The notes: a model not told the origin generated them from the sequence alone. A stretch of DNA of 64,000 bases from Spirochaetia bacterium (GCA_963675665.1 OY776510.1:992001-1056000); one strand, 5' to 3'. Positions 1-10,823 are shown, counted from the stretch's first letter. Made by a program: numbers and translations.

Positions 1-490
1 CGGCAGGACCGGCAAGACCGATTCCGACCTTCTCTCCGTATTTTTCACTGAGAATCTCTATAGCTTTGTAATTTCCGCATCCGCCGAGAATTTCCGAAGG
101 AGATTCGTCAATCGTGACACCGTCAATATCAACTTTAATAATATAGAACTTATCATCCGCGGGCATTCCTTCAATAACCAGGGCTTTTATGCCCATTTTT
201 GCCATCTGCTGAGAGACGACTCCTCCGGTATTACACTCTTTTATTGTCCCTGTCAGCGGGCTTTTTCCTCCTACCGAAAGACGTCCCGAGTTTGGAGCCG
301 ATGTTCCGCTTAGCAAACCCGGAGCAAAAATCAGCTTATTGTTCCTTCCCAGAGGATGGCACGTGGGTTTTACTTCGTCATTCACAAAATTGGAAGTAAG
401 CCCCCTTCCTCCGAGACTCCTGTATTTTTCAGGAACATCGTCCACAACAGCTTCCAGGGTCGTCATATTTACTCTGATAAATTTGTCCAT
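1..490 (-). CDS. aor: Aldehyde:ferredoxin oxidoreductase (W/Mo AOR family), N-terminal part; runs off the window edge
   Basis: Not in the ORF track; translated by hand: MDKFIRVNMTTLE...LGGRGLTS...CHPLGRNNKLIFAPGLLSGT...SGRLSVGGKSPLTGTIKECNTGG...MGIKALVIEG. These are AFOR_N motifs. RBS AGAGG upstream. Confidence 0.88.
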   Translation of the reverse strand, partial: MDKFIRVNMTTLEAVVDDVPEKYRSLGGRGLTSNFVNDEVKPTCHPLGRNNKLIFAPGLLSGTSAPNSGRLSVGGKSPLTGTIKECNTGGVVSQQMAKMGIKALVIEGMPADDKFYIIKVDIDGVTIDESPSEILGGCGNYKAIEILSEKYGEKVGIGLAGPA

Positions 491-522
491 TTCAACCTCT
501 CTGTATGTTTTTCAGTCAATAT

Positions 523-538
523 TGCAGGAAACATGCCA
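523..538 (-). promoter_or_regulatory. sigma54 (-24/-12) promoter of aor
   Basis: Minus strand TGGCATGTTTCCTGCA = GG-N10-GC, about 33 nt upstream of the aor ATG; a sigma54 activator gene is divergent. Confidence 0.85.
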
Positions 539-665
539 TTTTTCATTTATCAACAAATTATCAGGCTTTTTAGTGCGGTTGCCTTCAAATTCAGGCTCTA
601 AACTTAAAAGCAAAGAACGGAAACCGGAGAAAACGGCATTTAAGACCATATAAAACTGATAACGG

Positions 666-831
666 TGTTCCAATACGTAACAACTACTTAGGTAATTTTG
701 TTCCGTTATGGAGCAACTGTTCGAACAATGATTGTTCCATAAGGATACATGTTTCATATTTATTAGCTTTTTCACCAAATATAATCTTGTATTCGTATTC
801 TTTACGCGCTATTATGTTCCATAAGGGAGCA
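666..831. promoter_or_regulatory. Four 17-bp imperfect palindromes (TGTTCC-N5-GGAACA-like), putative activator binding sites
   Basis: TGTTCCAATACGTAACA 666-682, TGTTCCGTTATGGAGCA 699-715, TGTTCCATAAGGATACA 733-749, TGTTCCATAAGGGAGCA 815-831. Confidence 0.75.
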
Positions 832-837
832 GGACAT

Positions 838-2721
838 ATGGGTAAGGAATATATACAGCGGTCATTTTCCAGATGCAGAGATTTCGGTCTGGATCCGAAT
901 CTTGTTTACAGCAAAAGGATAATTGAAGGAAAAGAGCTGGAGGAGCGACTGGAAAATAACAAGGAACTGATCATTGTAGCCGAACCCTTCATTCGCCAGC
1001 TTTGTGATTTCCTGAAAGGTACAAGTTTTTTCTCCATTCTGACCGACAGCGAAGGGTGTATCCTTTTTGTTGTGGGAGATGACGATATTCTGGAGCTTGC
1101 ATCGTCGCTGAAGATGATTCCCGGGGCTTTCATGGATGAGCAGAATATTGGAACCAACGCCATGGGAACAGCCATTGCCGAAGGAAGCCCCCTTCAGGTT
1201 TCAGGTGAAGAGCACTTTATAAAAGAATACCACCGCTGGACCTGCTCCGGCGCGCCTATAAAAAATCCGGAAGGCAGGATTATCGGATCTATGGATCTTA
1301 CCGGTAATATCAGCGGCGTACACAAGCACACCCTGGGAATGGTTGTTGCCGCGGCCAATGCTATCGAGAAGACCCTGAAGCTTAGAAAGAGCAATGAACA
1401 GCTGATGCACTCAAATCTGTTTATCGAGAAACTCATGAATTCAATACAGGCGGGAATTATCTCTTGCAGCATCGAGGGGGAAATTCTGACGGCAAACAGC
1501 CAGATTTCAGATTTGACGGGACTCGACAAGGGGTCCCTTCTCTCACAAAATATATCTGCTATTATTCCTGCCTGGCATGAGATTGAACGGGCGGCAAAAA
1601 AGGGCGAGGAGTTCCAGAACCGGGATCTGCTTCTTAATGTCAGGAGCCGAAAACTCTACTTCAACGTCAGTGCCTATCCCGTAAGCCAGAACAACAGCCT
1701 GCTTTCGGCGATTATCCTGACAATCAGGGATGTCAAGCGGGTTCGTAAACACGCCAACGAAATCATCGGCCGAAAGGCAATATATACATTTGACAAGATG
1801 GCCGGAGACTCTCCGGCCTTTAGAGAGGCTGTTGATTTTGCCAAAAGAGTAGCCGACAGCAGCTCCACAATTCTGATAAGCGGGGAAAGCGGAACGGGCA
1901 AGGAAATTTTCGCTCAGTCGATTCATAATTTCAGCAGCCGGGCGGATGAACCCTTTGTTGTCCTGAACTGCGGAGCAATACCCAGAACTCTTATTGAGTC
2001 GGAACTCTTCGGCTACAGGGAGGGGGCTTTTACTGGAGCCAGGAAGGGCGGCCAGGCCGGAAAATTTGAGATTGCCGACGGCGGAACCCTCTTTCTAGAT
2101 GAAATAGGGGAGATGCCCCTGGATATGCAGGTAAAGCTGTTAAGAGTTATCGAAGAGGGTGTTGTAACCAGGCTGGGCGGCAATGATTACATACCTGTGG
2201 ACGTGAGGATAATTGCCGCCACCAACAAAGATCTGCAGAAAGAGGTGAAAGACGGAATGTTCCGAATGGATCTCTTCTACAGACTTAACGTTCTACCGAT
2301 AAAGCTGCCCTCTTTAAGGGAGAGGAAAGAAGACATCCCGGTATTAGTAGATCATTACAGTAAAAAGCTCTCGCGAAAACTGAACAAGAGGGAAGTGAAA
2401 ATAACGGAAGAGCAGATAGATCTTCTCTGCAACTATCCCTGGCCCGGAAATATCCGTGAGCTGGAAAATGTGATTGAATTGACCATAAACTCCGGGGGCC
2501 TCCCCATTACAATGTTGTCTTCTTCCCGTCACGACGATATGGGGTTTGCATTCCAGGGAACAGCAGTTGGAACGGAGGCCCTGGAAGACATTGAAGAAAT
2601 ACATATTAAAAGGGTGCTTGAAGAAAATGATTACAACATCTCAGCCTCGGCCAGGAACCTGAAAATAGGACGGAATACACTTTATCGAAAGATGCGGTTA
2701 TTCGGTATTGATGTTGCCTGA
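838..2721 (+). CDS. sigma54-dependent Fis-family activator (GAF-PAS-AAA+-HTH, AcoR-like)
   Basis: [11 protein letters not shown] motif, [34 protein letters not shown]-terminal HTH. ATG 838 preferred over TTG 787 because of the RBS. Confidence 0.92.
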   Translation: MGKEYIQRSFSRCRDFGLDPNLVYSKRIIEGKELEERLENNKELIIVAEPFIRQLCDFLKGTSFFSILTDSEGCILFVVGDDDILELASSLKMIPGAFMDEQNIGTNAMGTAIAEGSPLQVSGEEHFIKEYHRWTCSGAPIKNPEGRIIGSMDLTGNISGVHKHTLGMVVAAANAIEKTLKLRKSNEQLMHSNLFIEKLMNSIQAGIISCSIEGEILTANSQISDLTGLDKGSLLSQNISAIIPAWHEIERAAKKGEEFQNRDLLLNVRSRKLYFNVSAYPVSQNNSLLSAIILTIRDVKRVRKHANEIIGRKAIYTFDKMAGDSPAFREAVDFAKRVADSSSTILISGESGTGKEIFAQSIHNFSSRADEPFVVLNCGAIPRTLIESELFGYREGAFTGARKGGQAGKFEIADGGTLFLDEIGEMPLDMQVKLLRVIEEGVVTRLGGNDYIPVDVRIIAATNKDLQKEVKDGMFRMDLFYRLNVLPIKLPSLRERKEDIPVLVDHYSKKLSRKLNKREVKITEEQIDLLCNYPWPGNIRELENVIELTINSGGLPITMLSSSRHDDMGFAFQGTAVGTEALEDIEEIHIKRVLEENDYNISASARNLKIGRNTLYRKMRLFGIDVA

Positions 2722-2886
2722 AAAAACTCAAGCAACAGATGGAGAAAACATTTCAGGATTAAAAGATAATGATCCGGAAGCTCCGCCAGCCAGTTCTTTG
2801 CCGAGGTATGCGCCGAAATCCCGTAATCAAGTGTTTTAACCGGTATGAAGCTGTCATTTTTTTTGCTTTCCTGAAATGTGATTTTG

Positions 2887-2931
2887 TTATTAAATTTATA
2901 TATTACTATTAGTAATATATAAATTTAATAA
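2887..2931. promoter_or_regulatory. Perfect 45-bp AT-rich palindrome, putative operator
   Basis: TTATTAAATTTATATATTACTA-T-TAGTAATATATAAATTTAATAA; 22-bp perfect arms ending at the RBS of the next gene. Confidence 0.65.
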
Positions 2932-2941
2932 GGAAGGATAA

Positions 2942-4123
2942 TTGATTAGGTTATTGTTTATAGCGATACCGGCTGTACTGGCTGTTTTAATACTTATCAT
3001 CATAAAAATTAATTCCGGTCCCATGAATCCGGGTGAGATTCGACGGGGAATACAGAGCCTGATAGAACGGGAAGTTAACCGGAAGAAAAATGTGAACAGC
3101 GGGATTGTTTTGATTAAATCTGATAAATATGCAATCTCTGAAATATTTTATGCAGGACTGGCAAACGGCAAAGCCGTAGGCCCCGATCAACCCTTCCATA
3201 CGGCCAGTATCGGGAAGGCCTTTACCGCAACACTTATCGGAAAGTTGACCGAACAGGGGCTGTTGAAATTTGACGACCCGGTCATACAGTATCTTGATCA
3301 AAAGGTGCTTGAGGGGCTTTTTACCTTTCGCGGCAGGGATTACAGCAACGAGGTAACAATAAGGCAGCTTTTAAACCATACAAGCGGCGCAGCTGATTAC
3401 TTTGAAGATAAAGCAGCCGGTTCGAAATCAATGAAAGAGCTTATTTTTTCGGAGCCGGACAGGTTCTGGACGCCGGTAGACCTGCTTGATTTCAGCCACA
3501 GGTTCCAGAAAACCGTAGGAGCGCCGGGAGAAAAATATCACTATTCCGATACAGGTTATACTCTTCTCGGATTAATAATTGAGTCGGTTACCGGGAAGGC
3601 TTTTCATGAGTACATGCATGAAATAATACTCAATCCGCTAAAAATGGATGATTCGTACGTGATGTTCTATTCAGCGCCGGCGAATCCTCAGAGGGAGATA
3701 TCGGACATAATCTTAAACGGTGAACGGATCAACGATTATAAGTCTTTAAGTATCGACTGGGCGGGAGGCGGATTGATATCCACTGCTGATGATTTAGCCT
3801 CTTTTATATTCGGGTTAAACAATTTCAGAATAATTTCCAAAGAGACGCTTGATGAATTATACTGCTTCGATAAAAAGTTTATGAACGGAATTCATTATGG
3901 TCTCGGGTTTATGGAGTACCATTTCAATGAATTTTCTCCAATGCTAAAATCATTTCCTGTTATGCGGGGGCATATGGGCGTTCTCGGCACGCAGATGCTG
4001 TATGATAAAGACTCGGGGACGATTGTCGTGTGCAGCTTTGGGTCTACCGATTATGCGGCAGGAAGCGTAAGGACCGTAATAAAGATTTTGAGTATGATCA
4101 GGCGCTCAGAAGATTATATTTAA
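2942..4123 (+). CDS. Membrane-anchored serine hydrolase, beta-lactamase/class C PBP family
   Basis: SxxK (ASIGK), LLNHTSG, YSD, HMG; N-terminal TM helix. Confidence 0.88.
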   Translation: MIRLLFIAIPAVLAVLILIIIKINSGPMNPGEIRRGIQSLIEREVNRKKNVNSGIVLIKSDKYAISEIFYAGLANGKAVGPDQPFHTASIGKAFTATLIGKLTEQGLLKFDDPVIQYLDQKVLEGLFTFRGRDYSNEVTIRQLLNHTSGAADYFEDKAAGSKSMKELIFSEPDRFWTPVDLLDFSHRFQKTVGAPGEKYHYSDTGYTLLGLIIESVTGKAFHEYMHEIILNPLKMDDSYVMFYSAPANPQREISDIILNGERINDYKSLSIDWAGGGLISTADDLASFIFGLNNFRIISKETLDELYCFDKKFMNGIHYGLGFMEYHFNEFSPMLKSFPVMRGHMGVLGTQMLYDKDSGTIVVCSFGSTDYAAGSVRTVIKILSMIRRSEDYI

Positions 4124-4184
4124 GATCTGTTCAAGCCCGAATCCGAGACAGATCTACAGCATGGAGATATTCAACGCTGCACTA

Positions 4185-4643
4185 TCAATTCTGCACGGAT
4201 GTGGTAGAATAACAGGTTAAGGAACAAAAAATGACGGCGTTTTCAAAAAAAGAGAACTCCCTGTTTTGTTTCATTACCGCCCTGATGCTTGCGGCATTAA
4301 GCGGCGGCCGTTCTCCTGTTAAAAGGCCGAACAGAACCGGAAAAACAGCTCCGGAGAGCGCTGCAAGCGGAGATACTATGGAAACAATGCCGGTTGAAAG
4401 TCCGTGAAACAGCAACAGTACTCCCAGTGCTCCGGATACACCGCCGGCTGCTCCCCACAGCATATCACCGGCAGAAGCATTTTCGGCGCCTGTCAGAGGG
4501 GCGGCAATAAGAACTGTTAAAAGACCTGCAGCCTGCGACCAGGCAACCGTAACGGAAGCCGGGTTTTTCCTGGAGGAAAAGCCGCCGAGAAAGTCGGCTG
4601 TTCCGTAGGCAAAGGCTGACATCAGCGCATAGAAAATGACCAT
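4185..4643 (-). pseudogene. Truncated EamA/DMT transporter (first repeat only)
   Basis: AYGTADFLGG...SIVSPLAAL...GERP is EamA-like; similarity ends near 4300 and an unrelated tail follows. Confidence 0.75.
4231..4305 (+). pseudogene. 5' remnant (signal peptide) of a deleted exported protein gene
   Basis: TGGTAGAAT extended -10, AAGGA RBS, then MTAFSKKENSLFCFITALMLAALSG running directly into antisense EamA sequence. Confidence 0.5.
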
Positions 4644-4739
4644 GGACTGATACTATCAGTTCCCGGCTAATTGGAAAAGCGGAGATAGAGTTATAAATTC
4701 TGAATAGTTTCTCTTTAAATAATCCGTGTTACTGATATA

Positions 4740-5498
4740 ATGTCTGTTAACAATATGAATGAAAAGAAACATTTGACTTTTGTTTATGAAACCATAAAGG
4801 AAAAAATCAGATACCGGGAAAACGGTGTGACATGTCCTTTCTGCAACCGCGATGAATTAACTGATATTATCGCTGAAGACGGATCGATAATACTTTTGGA
4901 AAACAAATTTCCCGCTTTGGCTGATACTTATCAGCTGGTCCTTATCGAAACTGACAAGTGTTCTGAAGATATAACCACCTATGGCAAAACTCATCTTGCA
5001 AAGGTTATTTCATTCGGGATTAACCACTGGCTTGATATGGAGGCCGGGGGAAAATATAAATCTGTGGTATTTTTTAAAAATCACGGGCCTTTATCGGGCG
5101 GCAGTGTTGATCATGCTCACATGCAGATAGTCGGGCTGAATAATATTGATTACAGGGAGAATATCAGCGATGAAATCTTCGATGGAATTGAAATCTACAG
5201 AAAAGAAAACTGTGTTATAAATATCTCAACTCAGCCGAATGCCTGTTCAACCGAATTGAACATAATCACGAAACCGAGAGATGATGGTTTTATGGCGGAT
5301 AATCTGCCTGTCCTTATAAGATATGTTCTGAAGCAATGCAGCAGCTATAATCTGTTTTTCTATAACTGGAAAGGTTCGATCATTTGCAAGATAATGGCAC
5401 GATGGGTTACTTCTCCTTATCTGGTGGGCTATTCTATCCCTCATAATTCAAACAGGATTCCGGTTATTGCGGAAGAATTAAGGCGGTACTATTTATAA
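4740..5498 (+). CDS. GalT/HIT-like nucleotidyltransferase family protein (DUF4931-like)
   Basis: CPFC, NKFP, KNHGPLSGGSVDHAHMQ (HxHxQ). Confidence 0.8.
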   Translation: MSVNNMNEKKHLTFVYETIKEKIRYRENGVTCPFCNRDELTDIIAEDGSIILLENKFPALADTYQLVLIETDKCSEDITTYGKTHLAKVISFGINHWLDMEAGGKYKSVVFFKNHGPLSGGSVDHAHMQIVGLNNIDYRENISDEIFDGIEIYRKENCVINISTQPNACSTELNIITKPRDDGFMADNLPVLIRYVLKQCSSYNLFFYNWKGSIICKIMARWVTSPYLVGYSIPHNSNRIPVIAEELRRYYL

Positions 5499-5528
5499 AT
5501 ACGGAGGACTTCCAAAGGAATACTAAGA

Positions 5529-6065
5529 ATGAATAATACTGAAACAATAAATAAGGCTTGCTGCCTGGCGTTAAAAACGAAAAGTCTCAACAACCACTGT
5601 TCCCAGGCCTGTTTGTGCGGAATAGCGCCGTATATCGGGCTTGAAGAAGGTGAAGCTCTAAAGCTTATGGCTGCGCTTGGCGGAGGAATGAGGCACGGGC
5701 AGCTTTGCGGAGCTGTTGCTGCTGCCGGAGTAGCTTTGGGGCTTGAATTCGGGGCAAGTTCCGTTAAAAAGAATGAAGAAGAAGCTAAGCGCGATGAGCG
5801 TCTGGGTGAACTTACTGTGGAATTTATTGACAGGTTTAAAAAGATTTTAAATACTACTGTCTGCGATGAAATCCTGAATTCCGATTTAGAATCCTTCAGC
5901 TGGGACATGCCGCCGGAAATAAAATTTCATAAAACCATTGATAATGAAAACGGAAATGAATTTAATTTAAAGCACCCAAATTGCGGAGTTTCAATAACGA
6001 GCGCAATAAAGATAGCTTTGGACATTATTAACAGGGAAAGAAATATAAGTAATAGGAATATCTAA
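5529..6065 (+). CDS. C-GCAxxG-C-C family putative redox protein
   Basis: HCSQA, LGGGM, LCGAV, VCDEI and a distal Cys. Confidence 0.82.
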   Translation: MNNTETINKACCLALKTKSLNNHCSQACLCGIAPYIGLEEGEALKLMAALGGGMRHGQLCGAVAAAGVALGLEFGASSVKKNEEEAKRDERLGELTVEFIDRFKKILNTTVCDEILNSDLESFSWDMPPEIKFHKTIDNENGNEFNLKHPNCGVSITSAIKIALDIINRERNISNRNI

Positions 6066-6085
6066 AGGTCCGGGTTTTCTGATAT

Positions 6086-7723
6086 TTATTCAACAGATAT
6101 CTGAATGATCCTTTTCCGGTGTCTTACAAAAAGTTTTTTGGTAAAGCTTGCTTGTCCCCGACGTGATTCAGGAATGAAAAGTATCGAGCGTTTGAGCTCG
6201 CTCTTTGTGAAATCGGGATATTTTTCTGAAGCGATTTTACAGGCTGTAATTTTAAGCAGGTTCATTTCGGATATGGTGGTGTACTCAATAAAACCGGGAT
6301 ACCTCTGGGAATTTGCAAAAGGGCACCAGTCCAGCCGCAGAAGATCAATGAGATACGGCAGCTCATCAGGCAGTTCTCTTTTTACCAGGTTAAATATTCG
6401 CTGTCCCCAGTATTCCCATCTCTTTATCCCGGTATCCGCAGGGCTTTCCTCGTCTCTTCCGTTAAGAAGCGACTCAAACAGAAAAATCCAGTTGCCGGTT
6501 TTTTTAGATAAATATATCAGGCTGAGTTTGAAGTATCCGCTGTTATACAGTATCGAAACCAGGGCTTCAAGCTGATGGAAATGCTGAAGCTCCGAAAAAC
6601 TGAAGCTGAACGAACTGAGTATCTCATACGGGGGAGAAACCGAGGCTTTTATTCCAAATTCGTCTCTCTCTGCTTCGAGCGGCGTTCCATGAAGAACCTT
6701 TAAAAATCCAAGCTGAAAAAGATCAGGATGAAGGCTTAAAATTTGATTCATTGTTTCGGCGGCGGTTTCCGGGTTGTCTCCCGGAAGCCCTGTTATCTGA
6801 TCAAGGTGGATATGAAGGCCGTCAATCTCAGCCAGTCGGCGAATATTCTCCCTTGATTTTTCCCAGCTGTCCGCCCGGTTTATGTTTTTCAGGATCAATT
6901 GATTTGTCGTCTGGATTCCTATTTCAAGCCGGGCCTTCCCCGGCGGAATGAGCGACAGCAGCCGGATATCTTCTTCATCAAGAAGTGCCGGGTGAATTTC
7001 AAAATGAAAGCAGCCCCTTGGCGGAGTGTCCGTCATCATCTGCCAGACAAGACGGGAAACTTTTTTATTATGGTTAAAGGTCCGATCTACAAATTTTACG
7101 GTGCCGTTAAACTGACTGAGAAGTTCAATCTCTTCCCTGATCTGATCTTCTCTTCGATAGTCCGGTTGCCCTCCCGATGCTGCTGAAAGGCAGTAGCTGC
7201 AGTTAAACGAACACCCCCTGGAGGCTTCATAGTAGATTAACCGGCCCTCAAGACTTGCAAGCAGTTCTTTGCTATAGGGGAATACAGTTTCCGAAAAGGG
7301 CTTCGGGGACAGCCGGATTATCTCTGCTGCTCCGGCCGGCACCGGCGACGGGGCAAGATTCGGAAGAATTGAAGCAAAGTCTTCCGCGTTGCCGTCAAGA
7401 ATGAAATTTATTCCGGAAATTTTCCGCCATTCATTGCTGTTAAAAACCGCTTCCGGACCACCGCAACATATTATTGCATCAGGTTTAAGGGTTGAAAGAT
7501 CCGTAATGACGGTTTTTAGGTATTCCGAGTTCCAGATATAAACCGAGAAGAAATAGTGAGAGTAATCGAGTCTTAGTAATTCTTCTATAAGTCCGCGTTT
7601 TGACCTGTTAATGTCCCATTCAACCATGCTGCAGCAGTTCTTCAGGGCAGTCTTCAAATATAACAGTGCAAGATTTGAATGGGAAAAACGCGCGTTTACC
7701 GAGACTAAAGCAGGGTTTGCCAT
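6086..7723 (-). CDS. B12-binding-domain radical SAM protein (DUF4080-type C-terminus)
   Basis: HSNLAL, GGPE, YYEASRGCSFNCSYC (CX3CX2C), KFVDRTFN, QLGFLKVL. Confidence 0.88.
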   Translation of the reverse strand: MANPALVSVNARFSHSNLALLYLKTALKNCCSMVEWDINRSKRGLIEELLRLDYSHYFFSVYIWNSEYLKTVITDLSTLKPDAIICCGGPEAVFNSNEWRKISGINFILDGNAEDFASILPNLAPSPVPAGAAEIIRLSPKPFSETVFPYSKELLASLEGRLIYYEASRGCSFNCSYCLSAASGGQPDYRREDQIREEIELLSQFNGTVKFVDRTFNHNKKVSRLVWQMMTDTPPRGCFHFEIHPALLDEEDIRLLSLIPPGKARLEIGIQTTNQLILKNINRADSWEKSRENIRRLAEIDGLHIHLDQITGLPGDNPETAAETMNQILSLHPDLFQLGFLKVLHGTPLEAERDEFGIKASVSPPYEILSSFSFSFSELQHFHQLEALVSILYNSGYFKLSLIYLSKKTGNWIFLFESLLNGRDEESPADTGIKRWEYWGQRIFNLVKRELPDELPYLIDLLRLDWCPFANSQRYPGFIEYTTISEMNLLKITACKIASEKYPDFTKSELKRSILFIPESRRGQASFTKKLFVRHRKRIIQISVE

Positions 7724-7850
7724 ACCTTTATTTTAGCATATCAAACTGCATGGATGCAGCAGGTTTACCATACAGATTCAAAACAAGGATTTAACAGTTT
7801 AGCATTTCCTGTGTTATAATCCTCTGACGGAATGTTACAGGAGCAGTTTA

Positions 7851-9434
7851 ATGTTAAGGGTAGCAATAATTGATGATGAGATTTGGGTATGCCGACTGAT
7901 ACAAAAATTAGTCGATTGGGAATCCCTGGGCCTTGAAATCAGTTTTGTGGAAAATGACGGCGTAAGCGGTCTTGAACGAATAATTGATGAAAGACCAGAT
8001 ATTGTAATAACTGATATTCGAATGCCGGATATGGACGGCATGCAGATGATAGAAGAAATGAGAAAAAAGAAGATCCTTTCGAAGATTATCATCATGAGCG
8101 GATACCCTGACTTTAATTATGCAAAAAGAGTTTTAAAAAGCGGAGCCTCGGAATATTTATTGAAGCCGGTTGAGAAAAAACGGCTTGAAGAGGTTTTATT
8201 GCGTCTCATTCAGGAAATCAATACGGAGAAAAAGATAGAAGCGGACCTTTACAGGCACCAGAAAAACTCCGGCAGAATACACGAAATGCTGGAGAAGCTG
8301 TTTATTGAAAACCTTGTTACGCAAAAACCAATAGAAGAGAAAATACTTGAAGTAGGTATTAAAAATATTTTTAATAATCCTGACAATAAATGGTTTCGGG
8401 TTTTACTGGTTAAGGGTGTTCTGGATGGAACGGAAAATGATAAGGTTTTAAAATTTATCTCGGAATATGACCGGATATCAAGTAATGATCATGTGATTTT
8501 TTTTACATTCTTTTATTACAATTACCGGGTTTTCATAGTTAGTTTTCCTGATGAGTTTGAAGAAAAAATTCCGGAGCTTTTTATAAATGAATATTTAAAA
8601 ATTACGTCGGAAAAAGGTATAGATCTGGTTTATTCCTATAGTTTTAAAACGGATTATATAAATGAAATATCATCATGTCTGACAACTTCTTTTAAGGGAG
8701 CTCTGAACTACTTTTCATGTGAAGATCCGGATAAAATGCTGTTTTCAAATGAACAGGTAATTAGCGAGGAGAGGGGGATTATTCCCAGAGAGTTGAGCAA
8801 AATGCTGCTGTTAAATGTGGAAGCCCTGAGCGTTGAAAATTCTCTGTCCATTATTTCACAGATGTATGATGTTCTTGAAAAAAAAGCGGAAGAAAAACCC
8901 TATATAATATTTATTAAGTCGATAAAGATCTGTGATTATGTTTTAGGAAGTTTAAAATCAGGCTTTGAGGACGATATCGGGGCAGAGTTGAAATATGAAA
9001 AAGAGTTTTTTCGCCGGTTGAGCGAATGCAACGGAATTGAATGTTTCCGGGAAGTCGCGTTAAGGTTTTTTGGAGAACTTATTGAAGAGTTTTATAAATT
9101 AAAAAGAAATAAAAGCCGAAATCTTATTGAGAAGGCTAAAAACTATATTCAGCTGAACTATGACAAGAAACTGAGTCTGAACGATATTGCCGAACAACTG
9201 TACTTAAATCCTAAATATTTCAGCAACATTTTTAAAAAAGAGACGGGTATTGGTTATGCGGAATATTTAAACACAATAAGGCTGGATGTATCAAAGACCC
9301 TCCTTAAAGATAATGTTTACAGTATCGGACAGGTTGCAAGTAAAGTAGGTTTCTCGGACCCGAAACACTTCAGCAAGGTTTTTAAACAGAAAACGGGCGT
9401 GACGCCTAATGAATATCGCAAGTTTCATGTATAG
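7851..9434 (+). CDS. YesN-like response regulator (REC + AraC HTH)
   Basis: IIDDE, TDIRMP, YLLKP; C-terminal YFSNIFKKETG...HFSKVFK. Confidence 0.92.
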   Translation: MLRVAIIDDEIWVCRLIQKLVDWESLGLEISFVENDGVSGLERIIDERPDIVITDIRMPDMDGMQMIEEMRKKKILSKIIIMSGYPDFNYAKRVLKSGASEYLLKPVEKKRLEEVLLRLIQEINTEKKIEADLYRHQKNSGRIHEMLEKLFIENLVTQKPIEEKILEVGIKNIFNNPDNKWFRVLLVKGVLDGTENDKVLKFISEYDRISSNDHVIFFTFFYYNYRVFIVSFPDEFEEKIPELFINEYLKITSEKGIDLVYSYSFKTDYINEISSCLTTSFKGALNYFSCEDPDKMLFSNEQVISEERGIIPRELSKMLLLNVEALSVENSLSIISQMYDVLEKKAEEKPYIIFIKSIKICDYVLGSLKSGFEDDIGAELKYEKEFFRRLSECNGIECFREVALRFFGELIEEFYKLKRNKSRNLIEKAKNYIQLNYDKKLSLNDIAEQLYLNPKYFSNIFKKETGIGYAEYLNTIRLDVSKTLLKDNVYSIGQVASKVGFSDPKHFSKVFKQKTGVTPNEYRKFHV

Positions 9435-9455
9435 CGGAAATCGCGGGGTACAGTA

Positions 9456-10823
9456 TTGTCTTCAATAAACAGGGATGAAAGAAAATACAGGACATTATTC
9501 ACATTAAAAATTATAGGTATCCTGATTTTATATATTACGCTGTCTATTTTTGTAAGTATCCAGATTTCCAGAAGATTACACAAAGACAATCTGGAAGTTG
9601 AGATGAACCTGGTGCTGAACAGGCTTAAATATCAGTATCTGGAATCAGGGAATGATATGGAATTGTTAAAGAATCAGCGAATTCTGTTCGGAGAAAAAAA
9701 TCAGTACAGGGCTGATGTCTTTGTAATAAACAGCAAAAATATGAATATTTCCGGCAATGTTCTGCCTTTTGACGCGGATAAAATGATATACAGTACCGGA
9801 AATATAAAAGCGGGAGATTTTGTATACTATTATTCATATTTCAGGGATATTGATCTTTACTTTATTATCGAAGTTCCTTTCGGGTATGTTTCAAATATCG
9901 CCGGCGAAATTATCGGGGGATTGATTGCGATAAACATGATTATCTCCGTATTGGTATTTCTGCTATTTCTGGTTTTAAAAAATGTGTATTATAACCCGAT
10001 TATAAAAATCGAACGATATATTGAAGAGATTATAGAAGACGGGCATAATCCGGGCGATGATTTAAGCCTGGTAATCAGAACACATCCTTTGTCCAGCCGT
10101 TTTGAACAGGTTATTGTTATGCTGAAAGAACTTCTTGAGCGGGAATATAACGAAACGATTCTGAGAAAACAAACGGAGTTGAATGTTCTTCAAAGCCAGA
10201 TAAATCCGCACTTTCTGTATAATACGCTTGATACTATAAGGGGACAGGCGCTTTGGGAAGGAATAGATTCCATTGCCGATATGACGCAGGCGTTGGCAAA
10301 CTGTTTACGGTACAGTATAAATACCGCAAGCGATATGGTAATGCTGGGAGAAGAACTCGAAAATGTTAAAAACTATATAAAAATTCAGCAGACGAGATTC
10401 AGCGACAAACTCAGGTTTGAACTGGCTATAGATGAAGAAAATGACAACAGGATTTTAAGTTACAAGATCCCGAAGCTTACGATACAGCCTATTGTTGAAA
10501 ATGCTGTTTTCCACGGACTGGAGAAAAAAAAGAACATGGGAAAGGTCCAGATAAAAGCTTTTACAACGGACACGAGGCTCTCGATTAATATCATTGACGA
10601 CGGATTGGGTATTCCCCGGAGCAGATTGAAGATGCTGAATAAAAACCTTTATCTGGGACAGGCAAGTCTTTCAAACTCGGATAACGACAGTAAACAAAGC
10701 ATCGGTCTGTATAATGTAAACCAGAGAATAAAATTATATTACGGCGATAATTTCGGCCTGAGGATAAAAAGTTTCGTAGATAAAGGAACCGATGTCGAGA
10801 TTATTGTTCCAATAATTAAATAA
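9456..10823 (+). CDS. YesM/LytS-type sensor histidine kinase
   Basis: LQSQINPHFLYNTL, IQPIVENAVFHG, DDGLG, IGLYNV; two TM segments. Confidence 0.92.
   Translation: MSSINRDERKYRTLFTLKIIGILILYITLSIFVSIQISRRLHKDNLEVEMNLVLNRLKYQYLESGNDMELLKNQRILFGEKNQYRADVFVINSKNMNISGNVLPFDADKMIYSTGNIKAGDFVYYYSYFRDIDLYFIIEVPFGYVSNIAGEIIGGLIAINMIISVLVFLLFLVLKNVYYNPIIKIERYIEEIIEDGHNPGDDLSLVIRTHPLSSRFEQVIVMLKELLEREYNETILRKQTELNVLQSQINPHFLYNTLDTIRGQALWEGIDSIADMTQALANCLRYSINTASDMVMLGEELENVKNYIKIQQTRFSDKLRFELAIDEENDNRILSYKIPKLTIQPIVENAVFHGLEKKKNMGKVQIKAFTTDTRLSINIIDDGLGIPRSRLKMLNKNLYLGQASLSNSDNDSKQSIGLYNVNQRIKLYYGDNFGLRIKSFVDKGTDVEIIVPIIK

Noticed and set aside
199-778. Short ORFs 199-399, 339-653, 356-601 and 512-778
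   Set aside because: Antisense shadows of the aor gene or its regulatory region.
666-831. CRISPR-like repeat array
   Set aside because: Repeats are degenerate 17-mers with short gaps and no cas genes; better explained as activator sites.
2722-2870. Possible gene remnant on the minus strand
   Set aside because: Short open frame with no recognisable motif or start signals.
2942-4123. Beta-lactam resistance gene
   Set aside because: Motifs fit the broad serine hydrolase family; no specific evidence for beta-lactamase activity. The same applies to 26353-28167.
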